A stretch of 64,000 bases of DNA, taken from the NCBI GenBank assembly GCA_002448475.1, contig DJYI01000139.1, positions 19,732-83,731 on the forward strand, given 5' to 3'. The position numbers and the translations under genes were made by a program. The number at the start of each line of letters is the position of its first letter. Positions within the stretch are counted from its first letter, which is position 1. The stretch is from Verrucomicrobia bacterium UBA6982. Its GTDB lineage: Bacteria; Verrucomicrobiota; Kiritimatiellia; RFP12; UBA3636. The notes beneath the pieces are model-generated. The model saw only the letters and a program-made list of their open reading frames with translations. It searched no databases and was not told where the DNA came from. Below, one piece after another: positions 26,459 through 35,111 of the stretch.

Positions 26459-28246
26459 ATGAAACCAAAATTCACCCGCCCCTTTGTTTTTTCAATGGCG
26501 CTTCTTGTTGTTTGCGGCGTCCTGTTGTCTCTTTCAAGCTTCCGTGTTTCCGATTCGTTGCTCTGCTTTTCAATTCGCGCCGAACAGTTTTTCCATTTGC
26601 CATCAAACCGGGCTCCCGCCGGATTTCAGTTTTTGAGATTGCTCCGCGCTTCCATTTTTGCGATTCTGTCATGTCTTGTATTTTGGGCAACCCGCAAATC
26701 TTTGAATGAATCCGGACAAACATGCAACTGGCTGGCCAGAGCCATCATTTGCCTAGGTTTTTTCTTGCGATTTGATCTTTGGGCAACCAAGGACTTCTGG
26801 TGCGACACATGGGCGTTGAAGACCGCCATCCAAACGCATTCCGCACTTGAAATCCTGACCGGGCGGTTGGGATTCAACCAGGCGGCGCCTGTCGGTTTTT
26901 CGTTGCTCGAAAAGGCCGTTGGCGTTGTTTCCGGTTATTCCGGAACGGCGATGACTCTTCCGCTGTTGCTGGCCGGATGCGCGTCATTGGCGGCCTTGTC
27001 CCGCGTAACGGAGCGGTGCGGTTCGGTGCGCTGCAAAATGGTGTCGCTGGTCATGCTTTTCGTTTTTGCCGTGAACCCTTCTTTCGTGTATTACAGTGCG
27101 GAACTCAAGCCGTATGGCTTTGATCTGCTTGTTTCGGCACTCGCAGTCTTGCTTGTGATCGATTTCCAGAATGGAGAATCGAGCTGGAAGAAACTTGTCT
27201 GTTTTTCAGCTTTTGCGCCGTGGTTCTCCTTGCCTTCGTTTTTCGTCCTTTTTTCCCTTTATGCCGCATTGGCCTTTTTTTTCTTCTCGGATCACGCGCG
27301 GATTCGATGTCTGGTTCTCTGTGCGGCCATTTCAGGGGCATTGGCGATATTCCCGCTAATCCATGCATTCGCGACCATGCCGGCGGCCATGGACAATGTC
27401 CAAGACTTGTTCGCTCCGGTCACATGGTCCAAAGGAGCTCTTCTATGGTGGACGGGGCGGCTTCTTCATTTTTTCCGCGGTCCGGCATATTTCGGTTTCA
27501 CCTCATGGAGCCTGTTCTCTCCTTTTGCATTGCTGTCATTGATTCCCCTTGGATTGTTTTCGCTCGGGGTGTGGCAGCGAAGACGAGACCCCCTGGTTTG
27601 GATGTCGTTGCTTTGCATCGCTTTCACCTTTTTCGCATCGGCCTGTCACTATTGGAAGATCAATCCGGGTACAAGTTTGACCGGCGGACGCCTTATTCTC
27701 TTTTTGACTCCGTTCGCGTATCTGCCGCTTGCTAGCGGGTTGCACTGGATGGCCACGAAGAATAAAGCCGCCGGAGCCGCGACATGCGCTTTTGCCTTGG
27801 TTTCGGCTTGCTTGTGGTTTTTCCAGCAGACACCCATTTCCTGTCCCATGAACGACATAGCTACACGGGTTACCGTTCAACGAAAGCCGGGAGATATTAT
27901 TCTTTGCGACGAAATCATGCTGCTTGCTCTCATTTCCGAAAACGCCGAGCGGACAATCAAGGCGTCTGAGGACATCTTGATGGTGTATTCCAGCCCGTCA
28001 TATGATGACGTCGAGTTCGCCAGTCTGGACCATTATCTGCCACGACATCGAAGAAAACTGGATTCTGAACGAGAACACGTAGTTTCCCAAATGCTGTCTT
28101 TTTTTTCGGAGGGCGGGCATGCCAGTCTGCTCGTCTACCCGACGCACAAACGAAGTGCCGATATGGCGAATGGCCTTTCTGTGAACTTTTCGAACGACAT
28201 AATTGATGCAGTAATCCGCCCATGGGTCGCATTTGTCCGCCTTTAA
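26459..28246 (+). CDS. Polytopic membrane protein (595 aa) with the same architecture as the upstream gene, a probable paralog
   Basis: A multi-TM N-terminus with a ...DLWATKDFWCDTWALK... loop and a C-terminal soluble domain. It sits in a lower-GC segment. Confidence 0.45.
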   Translation: MKPKFTRPFVFSMALLVVCGVLLSLSSFRVSDSLLCFSIRAEQFFHLPSNRAPAGFQFLRLLRASIFAILSCLVFWATRKSLNESGQTCNWLARAIICLGFFLRFDLWATKDFWCDTWALKTAIQTHSALEILTGRLGFNQAAPVGFSLLEKAVGVVSGYSGTAMTLPLLLAGCASLAALSRVTERCGSVRCKMVSLVMLFVFAVNPSFVYYSAELKPYGFDLLVSALAVLLVIDFQNGESSWKKLVCFSAFAPWFSLPSFFVLFSLYAALAFFFFSDHARIRCLVLCAAISGALAIFPLIHAFATMPAAMDNVQDLFAPVTWSKGALLWWTGRLLHFFRGPAYFGFTSWSLFSPFALLSLIPLGLFSLGVWQRRRDPLVWMSLLCIAFTFFASACHYWKINPGTSLTGGRLILFLTPFAYLPLASGLHWMATKNKAAGAATCAFALVSACLWFFQQTPISCPMNDIATRVTVQRKPGDIILCDEIMLLALISENAERTIKASEDILMVYSSPSYDDVEFASLDHYLPRHRRKLDSEREHVVSQMLSFFSEGGHASLLVYPTHKRSADMANGLSVNFSNDIIDAVIRPWVAFVRL

Positions 28247-28295
28247 CCCCATTGCCATGATCACAAACCACGCGATGACTCCCGACAGAACCAAT

Positions 28296-29555
28296 ATGAA
28301 GGCGCCACGCATTTTGTGTTTCGGCGCCCATCCGTTTCCGACATCAATGCGCCCCGTCGGCTCTTACTTCGACGCCAGGCTTCTTTTCCGCATGACAGGC
28401 GGGAATCTCGGTAATTGCATAATTGGCGAATACGCTCGTAAAACGATTCGCGGACAGTTCACTGACATAACACATTTTCCAGGCCACCTTCCTTTCTCGG
28501 CTGAAGAAGCCAACGAGAGGTTCGATCATGTCTTGATTGTGGCCGCAAACTGGTTCACCTGCAATTGGCTGTCCGATTTTTCAAAAGAGATCAATTGGTT
28601 CCACAACCTTCGAATTCCCGTGACCGTCGTAGGCCTTGGGCAACAGTTGCCAAATGGAGCGGTCTCCCGCGATGATCGTATTCGTTTCGCGAAATCCGTC
28701 CCGGATAGTTTCGTTCGGTTGCTACGCGTCTGGCTCGACCATGGTCCGTCGATTGCCGTCAGAGGAGAGATCTCCCGCGAACTGCTTGCCCATGTCGGAA
28801 TCCGTGCGGTCATCCCGACCGGTTGCCCAACTTGGTTCGTCAACGGCGGCAACCAGCCGGATATCGTCACAAAGGACCATCTCGACCCCCACACCCGCAT
28901 CGCTATCCATGGAACCCTTCGGACAGCGGGAGAGATCTTTCGTCTTTCTTCGTCCCACCAGAACGCCGTTTATGTTATTCAATCGGAAATTCCATTCGTT
29001 CCGTTTTCGGGAAGGCACCCGCCTTCGGGCTGGCGGCTTCCCCTGTTTCTTCGCCACGCTTCCGGCCTGAAGCCGTCTATGATGTCCGGACGCGATCCGC
29101 TGTTTGTCCACTTCTCCCAACTTTCGGACTGGGAGGGTTTTCTTCGGTCCTGCGCATTCTCTTTCGGAAGAAGAATCCACGGAACAATTTGCGCCATCAA
29201 AAACGGCATCCCGGCCGTCATCGTACGGCACGACCAGAGAATCGCTGAGTTCGTCGATCTCTTCCGAATCCCTTCCGTGTCCTCCTCCGACCTGCAACGG
29301 CCCGAGTTCTCGTTGTCTTCGGCATACCAACATGCCGACTTCTCGGACATGAACCGCGCCTATCCCTCGCTTTTGGATCAGTATCAGACTTTCCTTCGGT
29401 CCCATGGTCTTTCGCCGGCATGTAGAACCATTCGGCAAGACCAAAAATCGGAAATCGACTATCCGGCGTTCAGATCCTTCGAGACAAACGTCTTTGAATG
29501 GAAATGGGAGCTGGGGCTAGTGAGGCAAAAAATCAGAAAGCGATTGTGGAGATGA
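28296..29555 (+). CDS. Polysaccharide pyruvyl transferase family protein (CsaB/WcaK-like), copy 1
   Basis: MKAPRILCFGAHPF...TGGNLGNCIIGEYA... follows the PS_pyruv_trans N-terminal pattern (GxGNxGD-like). The start is the ATG at 28296. Confidence 0.55.
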   Translation: MKAPRILCFGAHPFPTSMRPVGSYFDARLLFRMTGGNLGNCIIGEYARKTIRGQFTDITHFPGHLPFSAEEANERFDHVLIVAANWFTCNWLSDFSKEINWFHNLRIPVTVVGLGQQLPNGAVSRDDRIRFAKSVPDSFVRLLRVWLDHGPSIAVRGEISRELLAHVGIRAVIPTGCPTWFVNGGNQPDIVTKDHLDPHTRIAIHGTLRTAGEIFRLSSSHQNAVYVIQSEIPFVPFSGRHPPSGWRLPLFLRHASGLKPSMMSGRDPLFVHFSQLSDWEGFLRSCAFSFGRRIHGTICAIKNGIPAVIVRHDQRIAEFVDLFRIPSVSSSDLQRPEFSLSSAYQHADFSDMNRAYPSLLDQYQTFLRSHGLSPACRTIRQDQKSEIDYPAFRSFETNVFEWKWELGLVRQKIRKRLWR

Positions 29556-29626
29556 GAAACACTTGACACGATGATCTATACCCCCAAGTCCTTCTTGTAA
29601 TTGATATCAACATCTTTGCGAACACG

Positions 29627-30022
29627 ATGAAAACAGGAATCACATTCGGGACATTCGACGTCTTCCACTACGGACATCTTCGAATACTGGAACGATCGCG
29701 CGAACTCTGCGACCGGCTGGTCGTCGGCATCTCCAGTGATGAACTCAATTTCTCGAAAAAAGGGAGAATGCCGTACTACAGCTTTGACGAAAGGTCCCGC
29801 ATCGTCGGTGCTCTCAAATGCGTCGACGAAGTGTTCAAGGAAGAATCTCTTGAACTCAAGGCAGAATACATCAAGCGGTTCAAAGCCGACGTCCTCGTTA
29901 TGGGCGACGATTGGAAAGGCAAGTTTGACTGGGTCATACCCTTGACAGGCTGCGCGGTTTTCTATCTTCCGCGGACACCTGCAATTTCAACAACGGCCAT
30001 TGTCGAAAAAATCCGAAATTGA
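29627..30022 (+). CDS. tagD: Glycerol-3-phosphate cytidylyltransferase (TagD-like)
   Basis: 131 aa, MKTGITFGTFDVFHYGHLRILERS..., carrying the HxGH nucleotidyltransferase motif, with TagD-like size and sequence. Confidence 0.85.
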   Translation: MKTGITFGTFDVFHYGHLRILERSRELCDRLVVGISSDELNFSKKGRMPYYSFDERSRIVGALKCVDEVFKEESLELKAEYIKRFKADVLVMGDDWKGKFDWVIPLTGCAVFYLPRTPAISTTAIVEKIRN

Positions 30023-30094
30023 CCTGAAACTCCCCACTCCAGACCACGGTAGCGCCACCTGCGGATTCTGTGTAACAACTCAAGTCACGCTGAT

Positions 30095-31651
30095 TTAGGC
30101 GGCAGACCGTCTCACCCTGAACAAACGACGAATCCACGCCACGGCGAATCGCCGTTCTTCGTTGTCAAGAACAAACAGTATCGACCCGGTAGCAAGGCTA
30201 GTCGTTGTCGCGAGGCCAACTGCCAAAATACGCCAGACGGACGCCGGCGCCGCGCCCTGCACGGCGAATCCGGCGAGAAAGGCGAGGACGACGACGGCAA
30301 GGAGCGGAGCCACGATCCGGAAACACCAATGCCGCAGGGACATCCCGCAAAGCCGCCAGCCGAAGATGGCCCGTTCCAGCGAGAGCAGCGAGTAGCTGAT
30401 GACGAACGACAGCCCGATGCCGAGAGCCCCCCAACCCGCCTTGACGAACGCATAGACGAAGACGAGCGTCGACAGGGATGTGATGCCCAGGACGAAATTG
30501 AAAAGCCCGATCCGACCCTTTGCGGCAACCATCAGATGCTGTCCGATTCCGAGCTTGTGGCAGATCAACGCACACAGCAGGCAACGGCAGAGCGTCGCCG
30601 TCCCGTCGGGCGGCGTCTCGAGCCAGATGCGGAGAACCTCATCGATCTCCACCACGAGCGGAACCGCGAAAAGGGCAGTGAGGAGCACGGCGAACTTTCC
30701 ACTCCGGAACGCCAGGGCAACGGCGCTGCCGCTATTCTTCGCCCCTTCGGCCGTCGTAACGGCCGGAGCCATCGCGCCGAGAAGCGCAGAGGTGAACGAC
30801 CCCGTATGTGCCGAAATGTGCAATGTGATGCTGTAGGACGCATTCATCGCGGGTCCGAAGAAACGGTTGATGATAAACGCGGTTCCGTTCTTGCGAGCGA
30901 TGTCCCCTCCGCAGCTGAACAACTCCCAGAACGCGTATCGGAAAAGGGGTAGGATCCGCGCGCGGTCGAACATCATGGACGGTCGAACTCGACAATCGCC
31001 GAATGTCCGCCAAGCGCGAAACATCTGGGCGAGCTGGACTGCGATTCCCGGAATCACCAGCATCATCGAATAGCAGACGAGTCGGTCTCCCTGCACGAAG
31101 AGCAGGCGGTACGCAAGCCCCAGCAGGAGCAGCGCCTGAAAAACACCCCAAAAGGCCAGTTCAGAAATGAGCTGTTGCGCCTTGTACATTGAGATGAATG
31201 GCACCGATGCAACCGTGCAGAACAAGCTTGCCATCGACAATCGAAACACCCAAATGCATGCATCAACTCGATCAGGCGGAATCACGAACCAATGGCGGAT
31301 GGCATAGGAGCCGACCGGATAGCCGATAGCGACTAGGACCGCAGGCAGGATGAGATGGATCGAGAGTGCCGCGTTGAACCACCGCTGAACATCTTCGCAT
31401 TCCTCACGCCAGCTTTTTACGCCCGACTTGCCGATCGCATATGCGAGAAACCGCGAGACAGCCAACCCTAGTACATTGTTGAAAACGGAAACGAAAGCGA
31501 TGAAACTTCCGACAAGCGCGAAAAGCCCCAAATCGCGCTCTCCGAGCGCACGAAACACCCATCTGCTCGTAAAGAGAGCGACAAACAGGACGAAAACGGA
31601 TCGCCCATAAGTCGTAATTGTGTTGACAATGATTCGCCGCGTTGCTGTCAT
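30095..31651 (-). CDS. wzx: Wzx-type polysaccharide/oligosaccharide flippase (MOP superfamily)
   Basis: 518 aa with about 14 TM segments, resembling the polysaccharide biosynthesis protein family. It is the last gene of the long minus-strand operon. Confidence 0.7.
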   Translation of the reverse strand: MTATRRIIVNTITTYGRSVFVLFVALFTSRWVFRALGERDLGLFALVGSFIAFVSVFNNVLGLAVSRFLAYAIGKSGVKSWREECEDVQRWFNAALSIHLILPAVLVAIGYPVGSYAIRHWFVIPPDRVDACIWVFRLSMASLFCTVASVPFISMYKAQQLISELAFWGVFQALLLLGLAYRLLFVQGDRLVCYSMMLVIPGIAVQLAQMFRAWRTFGDCRVRPSMMFDRARILPLFRYAFWELFSCGGDIARKNGTAFIINRFFGPAMNASYSITLHISAHTGSFTSALLGAMAPAVTTAEGAKNSGSAVALAFRSGKFAVLLTALFAVPLVVEIDEVLRIWLETPPDGTATLCRCLLCALICHKLGIGQHLMVAAKGRIGLFNFVLGITSLSTLVFVYAFVKAGWGALGIGLSFVISYSLLSLERAIFGWRLCGMSLRHWCFRIVAPLLAVVVLAFLAGFAVQGAAPASVWRILAVGLATTTSLATGSILFVLDNEERRFAVAWIRRLFRVRRSAA

Positions 31652-32979
31652 CGATGTTCGATTGTATGTCTGTTCACACGCATTTGGGATGAAATGGCCA
31701 CAGATACTCTTTCAGCAATCAACTCGAGATGACGCCCAGATTCAATCATTCGAGAAAAAACAAGGAGCTCATCGCGAATTCCCTCTCCGTCGAGAGGATA
31801 AAAGTACCGACGATTGTCAGCCGGATTTTCAAACCGAATTTCAAAATAGTCCGTCTTCCACCATGGTGCCGGCACCACTATGTACCCTTTCGTTCCGGCA
31901 ATGACCAGTTCTCCTTCCGACTTGACGCCTTTCGCCACTGTGGCCGACCCAACAGCCGTAGGGTAAACGAAATCCACTTTTGAAAACACATCGAAATCTT
32001 TCGTGCCAGACGCAAGAAAAGAAGTTTCACATCTGTCTTTCCAATCTGTCCCAAGAATTTGGAAAATGGGAAGCAATGCCGTTGGCCCCCATGCCGTACG
32101 ACTGTTCCATTGTGAACCAGCCATCGTCTTGATTCCACTCGGCATCAAACTTGTACAGGTTGCAGAAACGGACACGACACTGCCGATCTTCCCGGATTTT
32201 AAGAGTAGCAGCAACCTGTTATATGCTGTCGAATACGCCGTTTTGATTGCGTCCATTAGCACCAGTCCGCTTTCCTTTGCCAAAGCGAACAACCTTTGGC
32301 AAGACATTTCGTCCAGGGCAACGGGCGACTCAACAAGGACATGCTTTCCTTTGCGAAAAGCCTGCTCAATGCAAACAGCATGATGCCGAGGATGATTTGC
32401 CAAATAGATGGCATCACAATTATCGAGCACTTGTTGATAGTCTTGAACAAGTTGAACACCGTCCTTTTGCGCCGCATTGACAATGTCATTGTGACTTGTT
32501 AGCGCAACCGAAACGGACAATCCGTCAACGAAAGAACTCTCCGCAAATAGTTTGGCTACTATATTTCCGTCTCCGATGAGACCAAGCCGACAAGACTGCC
32601 GTTTTTCTCGAATTACCGTAGAAGAAACCCCTTCCGTTCTCGGAAGATAAATCACGTCGCAGTATTCTTTCAAGTAGTCGAATTTGCCAGTCCAATCAGA
32701 GCCTAAAACGAAGATATCAATTCCAAGTCGTCGAATGTCATCGATTTTTTGTCCCTCGTATTCTTCTACCAGAATTTCATCGGCGAGGCCAAGACGTTGA
32801 ACGCCCTCAATGCGTTCCACAAGGGACTGCCGCGCATTGATTTTTCCGCGAGTCCGATCATAATTGTCGGAAGTCACTCCAACAATGAGGTAGTCGCCAA
32901 GAGCCTTTGCCCGTTCCAACAGCCGTCTATGGCCATAATGAAGAAGGTCGAATGTTCCGTATGTGATTACTTTTTTCAT
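31648..32979 (-). CDS. Bifunctional TagD-like cytidylyltransferase / Gfo-Idh-MocA NAD(P) oxidoreductase fusion, a candidate CDP-alditol (or CDP-glycerol-derived) synthase
   Basis: The N-terminal 130 aa read MKKVITYGTFDLLHYGHRRLLERAKALGDYLIVGVTSD... and are TagD-like with HxGH. The C-terminal ~300 aa start ...CRLGLIGDGNIVAKLFAE... (a Rossmann GxGxxG, Gfo/Idh/MocA-type). It overlaps the wzx start as ATGA. It lies in a low-GC segment. Confidence 0.7.
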   Translation of the reverse strand: MKKVITYGTFDLLHYGHRRLLERAKALGDYLIVGVTSDNYDRTRGKINARQSLVERIEGVQRLGLADEILVEEYEGQKIDDIRRLGIDIFVLGSDWTGKFDYLKEYCDVIYLPRTEGVSSTVIREKRQSCRLGLIGDGNIVAKLFAESSFVDGLSVSVALTSHNDIVNAAQKDGVQLVQDYQQVLDNCDAIYLANHPRHHAVCIEQAFRKGKHVLVESPVALDEMSCQRLFALAKESGLVLMDAIKTAYSTAYNRLLLLLKSGKIGSVVSVSATCTSLMPSGIKTMAGSQWNSRTAWGPTALLPIFQILGTDWKDRCETSFLASGTKDFDVFSKVDFVYPTAVGSATVAKGVKSEGELVIAGTKGYIVVPAPWWKTDYFEIRFENPADNRRYFYPLDGEGIRDELLVFSRMIESGRHLELIAERVSVAISSQMRVNRHTIEHR

Positions 32980-32986
32980 GTGTTTA

Positions 32987-34027
32987 CTACCTTCCTCCGA
33001 ACAGGACGGCGGATGTTTTCGGCATGGTTCTTTTCAACAGTTCCGCAATGGCGAGGGAAACGGCGAACGCGAAGACGGCGACACCCAGATACGCCACCGT
33101 GCTTCTTCCGGGATGCAAATACGCCTTGACGGGGAGAAGAACGAATTTGTGGACAAGGTAAACGCCGAACGAACTGGAAACAAGCCACTCGGGCCATCGA
33201 CTGTCGCCCATCAGGCCCCAAACGCCGTACAGGGTGAACGGAACGCACAGGAAGCCGAGATGCTCCGCCGCCGGAAGCCCCTTCAAGACGAAGAATGCCC
33301 TGAATACAGCCAGACCGATTCCGACAGTCAGCGAAACGACAGGGGGGGGGGGCTGAAATCCACGATTCCTTTCTGTAGCGCAAGGCCGAGCGAAAAAAAA
33401 GAACAGGCCCAGCACAGGAAAGATTCCGACTCGGGCGAATTCTTCCCATTGCCCCGCGTTCGGCAACGGCCAAAACGGACAGACCGCAGCATAAACGACG
33501 AACAAAAGCAGCAGAAACCATCCTCGGAATTTCTTCAGGCACCAGACGAATGCCGGAGACAAGACCACCAGGATGAACAGCGCCCGTACATACCACAGCG
33601 GAGTCAGATAGGGGCATCGAGTGGGCCACAGACCGATTTGCCTCAACGTCGGAAACGTGAACGACACGGTTCTTCCGTGGAGGAGCGAATGGGCGTTCTT
33701 CCAGAGGAAATTCTCCAGCCAGAACAGCGCATTCCAGAGGACAAAGGGAACGAGAAGCGTTCGGACACGTTTGCCTACGGCTTTCCGGTATCCCTTCCCT
33801 TGCAGACTACGCCCCACCATGTAGCCGGACACGGTGAAGAAGAACGGGACTGCGATCTGCGTCACGCCGTTTTCAAGGATTTCCTCCAGCCACCAGCCGG
33901 TCGTTCCGCGCCCGAAATGCGGACGGCAATGGATGATCACCACGAGGAATGCGCATAAAATCCCCATGTTCCTGATTTTGCGGCTCGCCGCCTCGGTCAA
34001 TGTTCCGCGTTCATTCATTCCTAACAT
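32987..34027 (-). CDS. Acyltransferase family 3 membrane O-acyltransferase (paralog 3); carries the poly-C(11) and T8 homopolymers
   Basis: ...[19 protein letters not shown]... is the AT3 N-terminal signature, followed by a multi-TM body. Its 5' end overlaps the aminotransferase 3' end by 8-17 nt. Confidence 0.7.
   Translation of the reverse strand: MLGMNERGTLTEAASRKIRNMGILCAFLVVIIHCRPHFGRGTTGWWLEEILENGVTQIAVPFFFTVSGYMVGRSLQGKGYRKAVGKRVRTLLVPFVLWNALFWLENFLWKNAHSLLHGRTVSFTFPTLRQIGLWPTRCPYLTPLWYVRALFILVVLSPAFVWCLKKFRGWFLLLLFVVYAAVCPFWPLPNAGQWEEFARVGIFPVLGLFFFFARPCATERNRGFQPPPPVVSLTVGIGLAVFRAFFVLKGLPAAEHLGFLCVPFTLYGVWGLMGDSRWPEWLVSSSFGVYLVHKFVLLPVKAYLHPGRSTVAYLGVAVFAFAVSLAIAELLKRTMPKTSAVLFGGR
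33342..33352. repeat. Homopolymeric G(11) on the plus strand, which is C(11) on the coding strand and encodes QPPPP inside the acyltransferase-3 gene
   Basis: Counted directly: a-ggggggggggg-c at 33341-33353. A second T8 run on the coding strand (A8 on plus, 33393-33400) lies 40 nt away in the same gene. Confidence 0.9.
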
Positions 34028-35111
34028 ATCCCAAAACGGCCTTCAAGGCGTTGACGAGCGAATCATAATCCGCCTCTGTAAGGCATCCCATGTGTCCGAC
34101 TCGGAACACTTTGTCTTTCAAATCCCCGCCGTTGGGGCAAATCCAGATGCCGTGTTCGTTCTTGAGTTTGAGGAAGATGTCGAATGCGGACATGCCGTTC
34201 GTAGGGTGGAGCGGCGTCACGGCGTTGCTCAGTCTTTCGCTGACGATTTCAAGAGGCAGGTCCGCGATCTTCGAACGGAAGTATACCGCCATCCTCTTCG
34301 CTTTTGCGACCTCTGCGGCGACACCACCTGCCGCATCAATCGCCTTCAACCGCGCATGGATCTGCAACAGCGTCCCGACGGCGGGCGTGAACGGCGTCTG
34401 CCCCCTCACTTGATTCGCAAGAGCGTCTTTCAGGTCGAAGTAAAGGCACTTCGGGTCGTTCCTGGTGACCCGTTCCAGTGCGCGTGGAGAAAGGACGATG
34501 ACGCTCACCCCCGGAGGACACGCTAGGGCCTTCTGCGATCCGGTAATCATGACGTCCGCGCCCAGCGCCGCCATGTCGAAGTCGTCGCACAGGAACGAGC
34601 TGATGTTGTCGACGATCAAAAGCAGGTCGTTTTCCTTGCAAAAATCAGAAATCAGACGCATGTCGTAGTGTACGCCCGTGCTGGTCTCGTGCTTGTTGAC
34701 CAAAAAGGCCGAATAGGCGCTTTTGCCTTCTCCGCGCCTCCGCGTCTCCGCGTTGGACAAATCGTCTATTGTCAGCGCTTTTCCGGTCTCCAGTTTGATT
34801 TCGTCGTGCGGGATGCCGTGGATTTCGCAGATTTTGCAAAAACGGGCGCCAAAACTCCCGCCATTGACGACCAAAGCCCGGTCCTCCGGCGTGAGCAGGT
34901 TCATCGCGGCCGCTTCCATGGAGGCCGTGCCGGACCCCGTGATGAAGACAGCCCGCGACCCTTCGGGGGCGCCGGCGAACTTCAGCATCAGCCGTTCGTT
35001 TTCCAGCATGACGGAGGAAAACTCCGCCGTTCGGAAATAGGGAACCTGTTCGGCCCCGATGGCAAGGACTTCTCCCGGAGACTGGACCGGACCGACGGTG
35101 AAATTGATCAT
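34011..35111 (-). CDS. Class V aminotransferase (AGXT/PhnW/serine-pyruvate aminotransferase family), PLP-dependent
   Basis: [16 protein letters not shown]... has the TPGP-like start, and ...[18 protein letters not shown]... is the family consensus. The ATG at 35111 forms an ATGA overlap with the upstream stop. The ORF's 149 upstream codons overlap the upstream gene and are not expected to be translated. Confidence 0.7.
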   Translation of the reverse strand: MINFTVGPVQSPGEVLAIGAEQVPYFRTAEFSSVMLENERLMLKFAGAPEGSRAVFITGSGTASMEAAAMNLLTPEDRALVVNGGSFGARFCKICEIHGIPHDEIKLETGKALTIDDLSNAETRRRGEGKSAYSAFLVNKHETSTGVHYDMRLISDFCKENDLLLIVDNISSFLCDDFDMAALGADVMITGSQKALACPPGVSVIVLSPRALERVTRNDPKCLYFDLKDALANQVRGQTPFTPAVGTLLQIHARLKAIDAAGGVAAEVAKAKRMAVYFRSKIADLPLEIVSERLSNAVTPLHPTNGMSAFDIFLKLKNEHGIWICPNGGDLKDKVFRVGHMGCLTEADYDSLVNALKAVLGYVRNE

